Assembly (NCBI GenBank): GCA_050246755.1
Contig: JBFWVL010000002.1
Coordinates: 328,207-392,206 of the forward strand
Length of the DNA stretch: 64,000 bases
Direction: 5' to 3'
Source: Bacteriovoracia bacterium
GTDB taxonomy: Bacteria; Bdellovibrionota; UBA1018; CAIPTA01
The notes under the pieces were generated by a model. The model was not told the origin of the DNA, did no database searches, and saw only the letters and a list, made by a program, of their open reading frames with translations. Shown here one piece after another: positions 21,686 through 32,132 of the stretch; position 1 is the stretch's first letter, and each line of letters begins with the position of its first letter. The position numbers and the translations under genes were made by a program.

Positions 21686-22519
21686 ATGCGCATCTTAATA
21701 TCGAACGACGACGGCGTGCACGCGGAGGGCATCCACGCCCTGGCGGAAGAGTTCCGCAAAGACCACCAAGTATACGTGGTAGCTCCCGAGCGGGAGCGCA
21801 GCACCACCGGCCATTCACTCACCCTGCACAAGCCCCTGCGCTTGCACCGCTGGGGCAGGGAGGTCTATTCCGTTTCGGGCGGCCCCGCCGACTGCATCTA
21901 CGTGGGCCTCGGCGAGGTGATGAAGGGCAAAAAACCCGACCTCGTGCTCTCCGGCATCAATAACGGCGCCAACCTCGGCCAAGACGTTTTCTATAGTGGC
22001 ACTGCATCCGCCGCCCGGGAAGCCGCCAACCTCGGCATTCCCTCGGTGGCCGTCTCGCTTTCCCTCGACCACGCCAAGCCCGGCAAGCCAAAGCACTTTG
22101 CCACGGCTGCCAAAGCCGTGCGCGCTTCACTCAACCAAGTTCTGCCCGCCTTTGCTGGTAAAGCAAACGCTTCCTGGAAAACGGGCCTGAACGCTTGGCC
22201 CAAAGGCATGATGCTGAATATCAACGTGCCCAATGTGGCGGAGAAAAAGCTCAAGGGCTACCGCCTCGCTTCGCAGGGCCGCCGAATATATGGCACCGAG
22301 ATTCTTCGCCGCATCGACGCCCGCGGCCGGGAGTATTTCTGGATAGGGGGAAAGTACCAGAGCTACGATCCCAATCCCGAAACCGACTGCTGGCAGGTGG
22401 ACCACGGCTACGTTTCCGTGACGCCCCTCGAGTTGGACACCACCATGCAGGAGGTTTTCCATTCCCTTCAGTTTGCCTTTGAGCTAAAAAATAAACGCTC
22501 CGGACCTAAGCGGCGCTGA
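21686..22519 (+). CDS. surE: 5'/3'-nucleotidase SurE
   Basis: ILISNDDG, GGPADC, SGINNGANLG, YSGT. Confidence 0.96.
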   Translation: MRILISNDDGVHAEGIHALAEEFRKDHQVYVVAPERERSTTGHSLTLHKPLRLHRWGREVYSVSGGPADCIYVGLGEVMKGKKPDLVLSGINNGANLGQDVFYSGTASAAREAANLGIPSVAVSLSLDHAKPGKPKHFATAAKAVRASLNQVLPAFAGKANASWKTGLNAWPKGMMLNINVPNVAEKKLKGYRLASQGRRIYGTEILRRIDARGREYFWIGGKYQSYDPNPETDCWQVDHGYVSVTPLELDTTMQEVFHSLQFAFELKNKRSGPKRR

Positions 22520-22525
22520 TTTCTC

Positions 22526-22601
22526 GGTTCCATAGTTTAAATGGATAAAACGGGGCTTTCCTAAAGCTCTGATCCCCGTTCGATTCGGGGTGGGACCACC
22601 A
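22526..22601 (+). tRNA. tRNA-Arg (anticodon CCT)
   Basis: 76-nt cloverleaf: acceptor GGTTCCA/TGGGACC, D stem GTTT/AAAC, anticodon stem GGGCT/AGCTC with loop TTCCTAA, T arm CCCCG-TTCGATT-CGGGG, encoded CCA. Confidence 0.95.
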
Positions 22602-22622
22602 AATGGTGTCAGGCACCTTTGG
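22599..22622. repeat. Short imperfect palindrome (REP-like) directly after the tRNA
   Basis: CCAAATGGTG-TCAGG-CACCTTTGG; only one copy noticed in the window. Confidence 0.3.
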
Positions 22623-22636
22623 TTAAGGGGCGCGTC

Positions 22637-22686
22637 AAAAACAGAATACCCCGCCAACTCCGAAGAGAAGGCGGGGTTTTTGTTTT
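22637..22686. terminator. Probable bidirectional intrinsic terminator
   Basis: A-rich run, ACCCCGCC...GGCGGGGT stem, T-rich run; lies between convergent units. Confidence 0.8.
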
Positions 22687-22699
22687 CTATTCTTTATTC

Positions 22700-23860
22700 T
22701 TACTCGGCGCTCGTATTATTCGAGGGCACAGCACCGGCTTCGCCGCTCACGCGCTTCTTCAATTTACTTACTTCGGTTCCATCGGGAATACTCGTAATGT
22801 AGTGAGGACGCGAGAGAACGAAGTTTACATCGTATCCGGTAAAATCACAGCTAGGGCCGGCTCCCGTTTTATGCGCCGACCTTGTTAGCGTCTTGCTGCC
22901 TTGCTTTACGCTAACGTTGTACTCGTACGGCTCTACTTCTTTACGCTGATAGCGCCATACTCCGGAATTAAATCGCACACCCACTTTATCGCAGTCGCCA
23001 ACTTTAACCAGGGAGTCCACGTATAAATCCCCATCGGAAGAAGCATCACCGAGGATCCTAGTTCCTCCGCCAAGCGACTCGCGTACGGAACATGTGATTT
23101 TTAAAGATGCATTACCGTGGTTTCTCTCTCCAAGTTTCGGAGAAATGACCTTAACGCGCCATTCAGGATTTTCATTTGAGTCCACCAAGATATGTTTTTT
23201 GGCCAAGCAGCTGTCCGCATCTCCATAATCAGCAACTGTTAGGATTTTCCCCAGTTGCTGCTTTATGAAATCATTCGAAACTTCCGGAGAAAATGCCGCC
23301 GCCACGTAACGACGCGAATCTTTGGAATCGTCTTGCTGTTTCATTTCGCGGGCCAGGCGGTAGGCCGCTTCATGGAGAAAGAAAGCAGCGCGATCGGTAG
23401 GGGACAGTGCTTGGTAGACCGAACGGGAAACTTTCAGCTTGCCGTCGTCTTCATAGTAGCCCACGCCTTCAAGCCGGCAGCCTTCGGGTACGGGAATGGC
23501 GATGCCTTTTCCCAAATCGGCAGAAGGGTTCAGCGCCACTCCGCTGCGAAGAAATTCGTAATTATTCAGAACGTGCGCCACGGACTGCTCGATCAAGTTC
23601 CTGGTAAGCGGATCCGGAGAACGGTTTAGTGCGCGGGACATGGCCGCTACGGAATCGGAATCTCGGGCGACTTCGTAGTCGTAACGAACCTCTCCTTCAT
23701 AGAGGTCGAGTAGCTCGGCGCGAGCAATTGCGCCTTGGCTATTCCGGCAGACAACGGCATTTCCTCCGCCGCCATTCACACCACCTTCGGCCGCCCAGAG
23801 ACTGGGGGCAAGGGTTGTAGTGGCCAAGAGAGCGAGTAGGGTTACGTTAGTGGCTTTCAT
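22700..23860 (-). CDS. Secreted hypothetical protein with N-terminal GGxxGGGG motif (Bdellovibrionota-type)
   Basis: Signal peptide; EGGVNGGGGNAVVC..AELLDLYEG; FFLHEAAY; RBS AAGGAG. Confidence 0.7.
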   Translation of the reverse strand: MKATNVTLLALLATTTLAPSLWAAEGGVNGGGGNAVVCRNSQGAIARAELLDLYEGEVRYDYEVARDSDSVAAMSRALNRSPDPLTRNLIEQSVAHVLNNYEFLRSGVALNPSADLGKGIAIPVPEGCRLEGVGYYEDDGKLKVSRSVYQALSPTDRAAFFLHEAAYRLAREMKQQDDSKDSRRYVAAAFSPEVSNDFIKQQLGKILTVADYGDADSCLAKKHILVDSNENPEWRVKVISPKLGERNHGNASLKITCSVRESLGGGTRILGDASSDGDLYVDSLVKVGDCDKVGVRFNSGVWRYQRKEVEPYEYNVSVKQGSKTLTRSAHKTGAGPSCDFTGYDVNFVLSRPHYITSIPDGTEVSKLKKRVSGEAGAVPSNNTSAE

Positions 23861-24009
23861 AAGATCTCCTTAATAATCGGTTGTTTGGGCTCAGTACTTG
23901 ATTACTTAAGACAACTATAAAAGAGCTCTCGAATGAAGAATAGATTAAGCTGCTAAATTAAGCATAATTAAATTTAAATATTATCACTTTAAGTCGATAA
24001 GTACTGAGA

Positions 24010-24828
24010 ATGCCAAGCCAATCATTATTTGAATTTAACGATTATCGAGCCTATATTTTGATGCGTTTTGGCGGAAAGGGCCGCCGAGATGGCACTCGCT
24101 CTGCTGCCGCCAAAACCATTGGCTGCCACTCTACATTTCTCTCCCATGTTCTGCAGAAGAAGGCCGACCTTAATCTTGAGCAAGCCGCTCGCTTGAACGA
24201 TTTTTTGCAACACTCCGAGGAAGAGGGCCATTTTTTTCTGCTGCTGCTGCAAAAAGAACGCGCGGGAACCGAGAAATTAAAAAAATACTTTTCCCGGCAA
24301 ATCGAAGAATTGATTCAGCGGCGTTCGGTGCTGAGTAACCGGGTTCCGGTGAGCAATAGAATTTCTCCCGAGGCCGAAGCAAAGTTTTATAGCTCTTGGA
24401 TTTACGGTGCCGCGCATGTGCTTCTATCGATTCCGCACCTACAGGAAAGAGCGCAACTCGCAGCGTTTCTGCAGCTTTCTGTGGGCGCCACCACGGAAAT
24501 ATTAGAGTTTCTCCAAGAAATTGGATTGGCCATTTACAATAATGGTAAATACGCCATGGGGCCAGGACATATCCACCTCGCTGGCGACTCGGAAAATATC
24601 AATAAGCATCATTCCAACTGGAGAATACAGGCATTGCGTTCGCTCGACTTTAAACGTCCGGATGATTTGCACTATTCCGCCGTGGTTACGCTCTCGAAAG
24701 ACGATGCGGCACGCGTGAAGGATCTCTTGCTCTCCGGAATGAAGAAAAATATCGAGATCATCCGGAATTCCAAAGAAGAGGAAGCCTACGTCTACTGCTT
24801 TGATTTCTTCCGGCTGCGCGGTTTTTAG
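24010..24828 (+). CDS. TIGR02147/DUF4423-family HTH protein
   Basis: LFEFNDYRAY, TFLSHVL...ADLNLEQA, FYSSWIY, HHSNWR, C-terminal Y.FDFF. Confidence 0.8.
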   Translation: MPSQSLFEFNDYRAYILMRFGGKGRRDGTRSAAAKTIGCHSTFLSHVLQKKADLNLEQAARLNDFLQHSEEEGHFFLLLLQKERAGTEKLKKYFSRQIEELIQRRSVLSNRVPVSNRISPEAEAKFYSSWIYGAAHVLLSIPHLQERAQLAAFLQLSVGATTEILEFLQEIGLAIYNNGKYAMGPGHIHLAGDSENINKHHSNWRIQALRSLDFKRPDDLHYSAVVTLSKDDAARVKDLLLSGMKKNIEIIRNSKEEEAYVYCFDFFRLRGF

Positions 24829-24883
24829 AAGAGGAAAAGTAGAATTCCTCTCACAAACTGGATAGCATTTGAAATAGGTTCTC

Positions 24884-26305
24884 GTGATTTTAAACGCCCT
24901 TCTCGCAGTTTATGGTGCCCTCGCGCTAGTGGACATTTTGTTCATGACGGTGCTGCACTTTTTCCACGATAGACGGGGCTACTATAAAACGGCCGCCGGC
25001 ATTTGGGTGGGTACCTTTCTCTCCTACGCCGCCGATGGGTTTATCTCCGAGCAGCCGGGCGGGCTCTACCATATTTTTGGGTTTCCTTTTCTCGCCATCA
25101 CTTCGTTCAGCCTAGCCAGGCTCACGAGCGATCTTTACGGGTTCCGCTTTCCTTATAAAAAGCTGTTCGCCTTTTTCGCGCTGGCCTGGATTTCCGGCGT
25201 TTCTTTGCATTATATTTTCCGCGCAGGATTCGCTATCGAGAGCCTAGCGATTTGCATAGGGATCGTGGCCCCGATGCTGCTCGCCGCCGGAAAACTCCTT
25301 TCCTCACCAAAAAAACTGAATGTGATCGATAAAATATTCGGCGTCTCCATTTTGGTACAAGGCCTCCATATTCTCGATTACCCTTTCCTCCGCAATATTC
25401 CCGAGGCCGCCGTATTCGGCTTCTCGTTCGGGTTGCTCCTCGTGTACGTAATCTCGGTGGTGATCCCCGTGGTGATCAATAAACGAATCCACGAAGACCT
25501 GAATCATTCTCTCGAAGAAAAGGTGAAGGAGCGAACGGCGGAACTACTAGAAGCGAAGGCCCACCTCCTGAACTCGGCAAGGATGGCCGCGCTGGGTGAA
25601 ATGGCAGGGGGCGTAGCCCACGAAATCAATAATCCGCTGGCGATTATCAAGATGGTAAGCGCCACCATGACGGAGTCGCTTGGCCAGAAAGCACCGGACC
25701 GGAAGGAGCTGCGGCATCACGCCGACATGATCGAGCAAACCACGAATCGCATCGCCAAGATCGTCCACGGCCTACGTACTTTTTCCCGCGAAGGCAGCAA
25801 TGACCTTTTTGAAGAGGTTCCGCTGGAGCAGGTGATCGGCGACACGATCGGCCTTTGCCAGGAGCGCTTTCGTAGCCACGCGATCCGGCTGATCGTGGAT
25901 CAGGTGCCCAAGCAGCTTTCCTTCGAGGGCCGGGCAACGAATATCTCGCAGGTTCTTCTCAATCTTTTAAATAATGCTCACGATGCGATTATTTCCTTAC
26001 CGGAAAAGTGGATTCATATCTCGGTACGGGAAGAGGGGAGCTGGCTGGAGGTGCAAGTGACCGACTCCGGCAAGGGCATCCCCACGGAGGTACGAGAAAA
26101 AATTTTTCGCCCATTTTTCACCACGAAAGAGGTTGGGAAGGGCACGGGTCTCGGCTTGAGTGTATCGTTGGGAATTGTGAAAGCGCACCGAGGAGAATTA
26201 ACGATAGATGCCACGAGCCCCAATACTCGCTTCTTGCTGAGGCTGCCAAAAAAACAGGCGCGGCAGCCAATTGAGCCACGGCTTTCGTCTGGAGAAAATC
26301 AGTAA
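24884..26305 (+). CDS. Membrane sensor histidine kinase
   Basis: ~7 TM; [46 protein letters not shown]. Confidence 0.93.
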   Translation: MILNALLAVYGALALVDILFMTVLHFFHDRRGYYKTAAGIWVGTFLSYAADGFISEQPGGLYHIFGFPFLAITSFSLARLTSDLYGFRFPYKKLFAFFALAWISGVSLHYIFRAGFAIESLAICIGIVAPMLLAAGKLLSSPKKLNVIDKIFGVSILVQGLHILDYPFLRNIPEAAVFGFSFGLLLVYVISVVIPVVINKRIHEDLNHSLEEKVKERTAELLEAKAHLLNSARMAALGEMAGGVAHEINNPLAIIKMVSATMTESLGQKAPDRKELRHHADMIEQTTNRIAKIVHGLRTFSREGSNDLFEEVPLEQVIGDTIGLCQERFRSHAIRLIVDQVPKQLSFEGRATNISQVLLNLLNNAHDAIISLPEKWIHISVREEGSWLEVQVTDSGKGIPTEVREKIFRPFFTTKEVGKGTGLGLSVSLGIVKAHRGELTIDATSPNTRFLLRLPKKQARQPIEPRLSSGENQ

Positions 26306-26452
26306 TTCCAGATACTTATCACGTCAAGGAATCAACACATTCCCAACATATTACCTTCATATTTCCCCTTCATACTGGAATACATGGGCGGATCTCAGGA
26401 AGAGAGAGAGCCCTAAAGCAAACTGGTTTCCATTTATATCCCGGGGGGCGAA

Positions 26453-26752
26453 ATGGGCAAAAATTCGGGTGTTAGCGGCAGGTATTTTGAAAGTGTTGGA
26501 GCCTATTTACGGGAGATGCGGGTAAACGCTGGTCTCACACAAAAGTACGTGGCGGATGAACTGGGATACTCTACGCCCCAGTTCGTCTCAAACTTCGAGC
26601 GGGGCGTGGCGCTCCCGTCTTTGAAAAAAATGAAGGTACTGATTCGTCTCTATAACTTATCGATACCAGAATTCATTAGGCTCGTGCTGGAGGCCGAGCG
26701 TAAGCGCATGGCAGACGGACTTACACGCGATAAAAAGCGGGCTTCGCGGTAA
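26453..26752 (+). CDS. XRE-family HTH transcriptional regulator
   Basis: LREMRVNAGLTQKYVADELGYSTPQFVSNFERG. Confidence 0.88.
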   Translation: MGKNSGVSGRYFESVGAYLREMRVNAGLTQKYVADELGYSTPQFVSNFERGVALPSLKKMKVLIRLYNLSIPEFIRLVLEAERKRMADGLTRDKKRASR

Positions 26753-26778
26753 CTGCGTCAAAAATCCTTCCCGGGAAG

Positions 26779-26794
26779 GGGCATAGTGGCTGCT
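26779..26794 (+). promoter_or_regulatory. Possible sigma54 -24/-12 promoter
   Basis: GGGCATAGTGGCTGCT (GG-N10-GC); an overlapping TATACT is an alternative sigma70 -10. Confidence 0.35.
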
Positions 26795-26825
26795 ATACTG
26801 GTGTGAGTAACCAGGGAGAAGCTTT

Positions 26826-27050
26826 ATGCAAAATTACCGGAAAATTCTTTTTACCGCCCTCGTGATCTTCGCGGGCATTCTATCTCTATTCTCGCTTCGG
26901 GCCACCGCCGAGAATAAAGGGATGGCGTACGGGGCTTGCTATACTTTGTATAATTGCCAAGGTGGCAGTATCGGCACCTTCGATGATACGCAGTGCCGCG
27001 CCTATGGGGGCCACTCGATCAATAGCGGCGGTGTTTGCGTAAATCTCTAA
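26826..27050 (+). CDS. Small secreted 4-Cys peptide
   Basis: RBS GGAG; signal peptide ending ATA; ~46-aa Gly/Cys-rich mature region. Confidence 0.65.
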   Translation: MQNYRKILFTALVIFAGILSLFSLRATAENKGMAYGACYTLYNCQGGSIGTFDDTQCRAYGGHSINSGGVCVNL

Positions 27051-27784
27051 GCGAAGATCTTCGCGATAGCGGCTTCATCCATCACGATATAGTCGCCGGG
27101 CTCTAAGTCGATCGGCAAACTCAGGCCGCCGATACTTTCGCGGTGTAGTTCCGTAACGTGGTTGCCCACGGCCGCGAACATTCTTCTCACCTGGTGATAA
27201 CGGCCTTCAGTTAGATCGAGGGTGCCGGTAGTGGGAGTTTCCACGATTAGCTTGGCGGGTAAGAGCGGCTTGTCTTCGCTCTCCAGCATCAGATTTCCCG
27301 CCGCAAATATTTTTTCTTCTTGTCCGCTCATCGGGCGGTCCAGTACGAAACGGTAGCGCTTAGTGATCTGGCTCTTGGGCGCCACGATTTTGCGCAGGAG
27401 CACACCGTCGTCGGTCACGATCAACAGGCCGGAAGTATCTTTATCCAGCCTTCCCACGGTGGATAGCACGGGATCCCGGAGCCGCCAGCGGGGCGGAAAA
27501 AGATCGTAAACCAAATCACCTTCTTCTTTATGGGAGCAAGTCACGCCCACCGGCTTATGCAGGAGAAGCGTGAGGCCGGGCAGGGGATCTAGCGGCTCCC
27601 CTTCGATTTGCATGCGTTCCGGTAAATCTTCCGTAAGCGGAATATGCTGCTCCGATTTTTTCAAAACCTCTCCGTCGAGAGTCACGAGGCCGCTATTTAC
27701 CAGATTCTGTACTGTGCGGCGGGACCCATATCCGAGATTGGCGAGAATGCGGTCTAGACGAAATTTTTTAATTTCTTTGGTCAT
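27047..27784 (-). CDS. RsuA-family pseudouridine synthase
   Basis: S4 RLDRILAN, HKPVG, GRLDKDTSGLL, EGRYHQVRRMF. Confidence 0.93.
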   Translation of the reverse strand: MTKEIKKFRLDRILANLGYGSRRTVQNLVNSGLVTLDGEVLKKSEQHIPLTEDLPERMQIEGEPLDPLPGLTLLLHKPVGVTCSHKEEGDLVYDLFPPRWRLRDPVLSTVGRLDKDTSGLLIVTDDGVLLRKIVAPKSQITKRYRFVLDRPMSGQEEKIFAAGNLMLESEDKPLLPAKLIVETPTTGTLDLTEGRYHQVRRMFAAVGNHVTELHRESIGGLSLPIDLEPGDYIVMDEAAIAKIFA

Positions 27785-27791
27785 TTTCTGC

Positions 27792-28709
27792 TCACTTTTT
27801 CGCTTCGTAAATCTTGAATCCACTCTGTTCGGCAACCAGCTTAACTTCGCCGAAGAAAGAGCGGAGGATGGCTTCGTAGGGGAGGTGGCGGTTGGCCACG
27901 AGCCAGCAAGAACCCCCCTGGCGTAAGATTTCCGCCCCGCGCTTGAGGAAGGCCTGGCCGAGGCTTTGGTCTTCGATTCCACCATCGTGGAAAGGAGGAT
28001 TGGTTACCACGAAATCTAAATTGGCAGGCAAGGCGGCGGTGCGGAGATCCGCCCATTGCAAAGTCACGCGCTTTTCTCCCAGGTTTTTCTGAGCGCACTC
28101 GATGGCCCGGCGGTCGATATCCAGCATCGTCAGGTGCTTTACTTTTTTCGATTGTAAAATGTTTCGGGATAAAAAGCCGATCCCGCAGCCGAGATCCGCG
28201 CCAACTCCGGCGAGCGCCGGTAAATGCTCTAGCAGCAGACTGGAGCCCAGATCGTGACGATTCCAGCTGAAAACCCCCGGCTGAGTCCAGAGGCCGATTT
28301 CTTCCAGAAAATGGGAGGCGCCTTCTTGGAGGGCGTTCTCTAGCGCGGGAGAATGCATGTTTTCCGGCGGCCGGCATACGCAGATCCGGTGATGGCTTTT
28401 CGCTTCCTCGCTCACCTCGCAGCCAAATTCCGTAAGCTCTTTTTTTAAGCGGGAACCGCCTTTATCCTTTGGCGCCATTACCGTGAGTGTTCCGTGGGGG
28501 GCAAGCGTGCGCAGCGCAAGGGCGAGGGTATACCGGCGGTCTATGGTGCCACCGGGGGCGAGCATCGTCATGGCGGAAACAGTTTGGGGCGCGCAATTTT
28601 CTAAAGAATCTGCGCCAGGGAACAAAGGAGAGTACTGCGTGGCCCCCGGGGGCGAGCCCGCGAGATCTTCGGGAGGGTTTCCAAAAACTCCAATTTTCTT
28701 CGTTTCCAC
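27792..28709 (-). CDS. RsmC-like class I SAM methyltransferase
   Basis: PGVFSW...D.GS, DLGCGIG, VTNPPFH, LVANRHLPYE; start uncertain (28709 or 28814). Confidence 0.85.
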   Translation of the reverse strand: METKKIGVFGNPPEDLAGSPPGATQYSPLFPGADSLENCAPQTVSAMTMLAPGGTIDRRYTLALALRTLAPHGTLTVMAPKDKGGSRLKKELTEFGCEVSEEAKSHHRICVCRPPENMHSPALENALQEGASHFLEEIGLWTQPGVFSWNRHDLGSSLLLEHLPALAGVGADLGCGIGFLSRNILQSKKVKHLTMLDIDRRAIECAQKNLGEKRVTLQWADLRTAALPANLDFVVTNPPFHDGGIEDQSLGQAFLKRGAEILRQGGSCWLVANRHLPYEAILRSFFGEVKLVAEQSGFKIYEAKK

Positions 28710-28958
28710 CACGCGTGCTCCAAGAAATTCGTCTGCTCTTCTTACAATGCTGGGCGCTGATTGAAAATAGCGGGATTCAGAGAAATTCTTCCAGCCGCCA
28801 AAACAGCGCGTCATTCTATAAATATTATTTATATCCTACTTAGACAAAATGGCTTTTTACACGGCGAAAACGGCCTGTGCGGCCCTTATGCCCCAGAAGG
28901 GAAATTAGGGTGAAATACATACCGGTGCAGCCCTCCGGCGTGCTAGAGTCGGTCCTGC

Positions 28959-29168
28959 ATGAATAAGGAGAAACCAATGATGACCCCGTCTAAAGTAGGG
29001 CGACCTGCCAAAAGCCAGCTGAAGTGCTTCGCCTGCAAGTCTCCTTGTCTGCCTAAAAACGGCGATTGGTTCGTTTCCTTAAAATCCACCGACCAGCAGG
29101 TTTTCTTGTGCCGGGACTGCGAACGCGGCAGCGCCAAAGACTACAAACGCGCTATGCCATTCCGCTAG
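28959..29168 (+). CDS. Small Zn-ribbon-like protein
   Basis: CFAC and CRDC pairs; RBS AAGGAG before ATG 28977. Confidence 0.6.
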   Translation: MNKEKPMMTPSKVGRPAKSQLKCFACKSPCLPKNGDWFVSLKSTDQQVFLCRDCERGSAKDYKRAMPFR

Positions 29169-29174
29169 GTCTCT

Positions 29175-29191
29175 AGGGCACCACCTTTGCA
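29175..29191 (+). promoter_or_regulatory. Possible sigma54 promoter
   Basis: AGGGCACCACCTTTGCA matches GGCAC-N5-TTGCA. Confidence 0.5.
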
Positions 29192-29212
29192 TCGCATTAG
29201 GTGGAGGTTCTT

Positions 29213-29401
29213 ATGGGTATCTATTCTGCCGCCGACCTAATACCGCTCATCTACGCTCACTTCGCCTTTATTGTGCTGCCGGGAGTGATTACGGGGGCCT
29301 ATACCTGGTGGACCGGCTTTCGCGACGATGAAAACCAAGTATACGGAACAGAAATCATCGAGTTCGAAGTGGAATCTTTGCCTCATCGCCGAGCAGCGTA
29401 G
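29213..29401 (+). CDS. Small single-TM protein
   Basis: RBS GGAGGT; one hydrophobic helix and an acidic tail. Confidence 0.55.
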   Translation: MGIYSAADLIPLIYAHFAFIVLPGVITGAYTWWTGFRDDENQVYGTEIIEFEVESLPHRRAA

Positions 29402-29426
29402 GTGCATTTCGCCTCGGGTAGCAAAG

Positions 29427-29822
29427 TTATTCGCTTAGCTTATCCAGCCCCTTGATGATGAGCTCCGCCGTGCTGAGATTCGTCGCGAGGGGAACGTCGT
29501 GGACGTCGCAAATCCGCATGAGCATGGAAATATCGGGGTCATGCGGGTGCATACCGAGCGGGTCCCGTAAGAAAATTACCGCCTGGCAGCGTCCAGTGGC
29601 TACTTCGGCCGCGATCTGCGCATCTCCGCCCAGCGGTCCGGAAAGCTTGCGGGTGATTTTGAGTCCCGCCGAAAGCACGAGGCGACCGGAATTTCCGGTG
29701 CCGATCAGCTTATATTTATGCAGGCTGCCGAGATTATCGCGCACGAAGGTAACAAGTTGCGCCTTTTTTCCGTCGTGCGCGATGAGCGCGATGGTTTTTT
29801 TGCGTGCCGATTTTTTCGCCAT
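29427..29822 (-). CDS. mgsA: Methylglyoxal synthase
   Basis: IALIAHDGKK, SGPLGGDAQI, RDPL..HPHDPDI, PLATN. Confidence 0.96.
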   Translation of the reverse strand: MAKKSARKKTIALIAHDGKKAQLVTFVRDNLGSLHKYKLIGTGNSGRLVLSAGLKITRKLSGPLGGDAQIAAEVATGRCQAVIFLRDPLGMHPHDPDISMLMRICDVHDVPLATNLSTAELIIKGLDKLSE

Positions 29823-29986
29823 ACAGGGTTCTCCCTACTTAGTTTCACTAGCGCAGGATGGAAGCGCAAGGCTAAAAAAACATTTTTAAGCGGTGCGTGA
29901 AAGCGGGCCTTATTTGTTTAGACCGCTGAAATCCCCTTATACTTTCGCCCATTTCCCATGATATTCCCGAGTAGAGGCAAAATGGA

Positions 29987-31051
29987 ATGAGACTTTTAAT
30001 CACCGGCGGAATGGGCTTCGTGGGCTCACGCTTGGCCCTCTACGCTAACGACACTTGGCCCGAAGCAGAAATTATCTGCTTTGATAATTTGCGCCGCCGC
30101 GGATCCGAGAAAAATATCGAAACTCTCCAGGCGAGGGGAATACGATTCGTGCACGGCGATATCCGCAATCCCGGTGATTTTTCCGGCCTAGGAAACTTCG
30201 ACGTTTTCATCGAAGCTTCTGCCGAACCTTCGGTGCACGCTGGCCTGGACGGATCTCCTTCCTACGTTTTCGAAACCAATCTCGTAGGCACTTTTCATTG
30301 CCTGGAATTCGCCCGCCTTCACTGCAAGAAACTGATTTTCCTCTCTACCTCCCGCGTATACAGCATAGAGAATTTGCGCGCGATCCAGCTCACTGAAAGC
30401 GGCCCTCATTTCGTGGTGGCGGCGTCGCAAAAGGAAAGAGGCATCTCCGCCTTTGGCGTGAGCGAAGATTTTTCCACGGCGAATGCCCGCTCGCTCTATG
30501 GTGCCACCAAACTGGCCTCCGAGATGCTGATCCAGGAATACGCCGCCGGCTACGGCCTCGAAAGCGTGACCAACCGCTGCGGGGTGATCGCCGGGCCGGG
30601 CCAGTTCGGGAAAGTAGATCAGGGAGTATTTGCGCTTTGGGCGGCCCACCATTATTTCGGCAAAGCGCTAGAATACAAAGGCTGGAAGGGCCGTGGGCTC
30701 CAAGTGCGGGATTTGATGCATCCCCGCGATCTCTTCGATTTGATCCGTGGGCAGCTGGCGCAGTGGGAAAAAGTAAAGGGCGGAATATTCAATGCGGGAG
30801 GCGGAGCCGAGAACGCCGTTTCGCTCGCGCAATGGACCTCGCTTTGCCAAAAGGCCACCGGGCGAACCACCGAGATAAGGGCCAATCCCGAAACGGCGGC
30901 GGTGGATATCCCTTACTACGCGAGCGATAACCGCAAAATCGATGCGGCGATCGGCTGGAAGCCGAATTTTTCGGCCGAAAAAATCGCGGGCGAAATCACG
31001 GCCTGGATTCGCGAGGACGAATCCCAAGCCAAGAAAATTTTTGGAATTTAA
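29987..31051 (+). CDS. NAD-dependent epimerase/dehydratase (CDP-paratose 2-epimerase-like)
   Basis: [31 protein letters not shown]. Confidence 0.88.
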   Translation: MRLLITGGMGFVGSRLALYANDTWPEAEIICFDNLRRRGSEKNIETLQARGIRFVHGDIRNPGDFSGLGNFDVFIEASAEPSVHAGLDGSPSYVFETNLVGTFHCLEFARLHCKKLIFLSTSRVYSIENLRAIQLTESGPHFVVAASQKERGISAFGVSEDFSTANARSLYGATKLASEMLIQEYAAGYGLESVTNRCGVIAGPGQFGKVDQGVFALWAAHHYFGKALEYKGWKGRGLQVRDLMHPRDLFDLIRGQLAQWEKVKGGIFNAGGGAENAVSLAQWTSLCQKATGRTTEIRANPETAAVDIPYYASDNRKIDAAIGWKPNFSAEKIAGEITAWIREDESQAKKIFGI

Positions 31052-31074
31052 GATTTGTTCACGCGGGAGAAGAG

Positions 31075-32130
31075 ATGGCAGTAGCGATAGTAACGGGATC
31101 TTCAGGGTTGATTGGAAGCGAGACCGCTCGCTTCTTGCATGAGAAAGGCCTCGATATCGTGGGGGTGGACAATAACCTGCGCGCGTATTTCTTCGGCCAA
31201 GATGGTTCGGTGGACTGGAACACTGAGCGCCTCCGTAAAGAGCTCCCTCGCTTTACCCACCATAGCGCCGATATCCGCGACGAGGCCGCGATCGACGCCA
31301 TTTTCGCGCAATACGCCAAGGACGTTCAGATCGTGGTGCACGCCGCGGCCCAACCCAGCCACGACTGGGCGGCGCGCGAGCCCATGACGGATTTTTCCGT
31401 GAACGCCACCGGAACACTGGTGGTACTAGAAGCCACCCGCAAACACTGCCCCGGCGCGGTTTTTATTTTCACTTCCACCAATAAGGTATATGGCGATTTC
31501 CCTAATACCTTGCCGCTCCTAGAGAAGGAAATGCGCTGGGAGCTGGATCCCTCACACCCTTACGCCAAATTCGGTATCGACGAATCGATGACCATCGATC
31601 AGTCCAAGCACAGTATCTTCGGTGCCTCGAAAGTGGCGGCGGACGTGATGGTGCAGGAATACGGCCGTTATTTCGGCATGAAGACGGCCGTATTTCGCGG
31701 TGGCTGCCTCACCGGGCCTGCTCATTCCGGAGCCGAGCTCCACGGATTCCTCGCGTACTTGGTGAAGTGCACGGTGGGCCAGAAGCCGTACACGATCTTC
31801 GGCTATAAGGGCAAACAAGTCCGCGACAATATTCATTCGTTCGACCTCGTGAACGCATTCTGGAATTTCTTCGAGGCTCCGCGCCCAGGCGAAGTATACA
31901 ATATGGGTGGATCGCGCCACGCCAATTGCTCCATGCTAGAAGCCATCGCGATCATCGAAGAAATTTCGGGCAAGCGCCTGGATTTCAAAATTTCCGGCGA
32001 GGCCCGTTCCGGTGACCATATCTGGTACGTGAGCGACGTGCGAAAATTCCAGAATCATTACCCCCAGTGGAAGTATCGCTATGATCTGCGGCATACTCTC
32101 GAAGAGATGGTAGAAGCGGCTAAGAGATAG
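31075..32130 (+). CDS. NAD-dependent epimerase (CDP-paratose 2-epimerase-like)
   Basis: [35 protein letters not shown]. Confidence 0.88.
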   Translation: MAVAIVTGSSGLIGSETARFLHEKGLDIVGVDNNLRAYFFGQDGSVDWNTERLRKELPRFTHHSADIRDEAAIDAIFAQYAKDVQIVVHAAAQPSHDWAAREPMTDFSVNATGTLVVLEATRKHCPGAVFIFTSTNKVYGDFPNTLPLLEKEMRWELDPSHPYAKFGIDESMTIDQSKHSIFGASKVAADVMVQEYGRYFGMKTAVFRGGCLTGPAHSGAELHGFLAYLVKCTVGQKPYTIFGYKGKQVRDNIHSFDLVNAFWNFFEAPRPGEVYNMGGSRHANCSMLEAIAIIEEISGKRLDFKISGEARSGDHIWYVSDVRKFQNHYPQWKYRYDLRHTLEEMVEAAKR

Positions 32131-32132
32131 GG

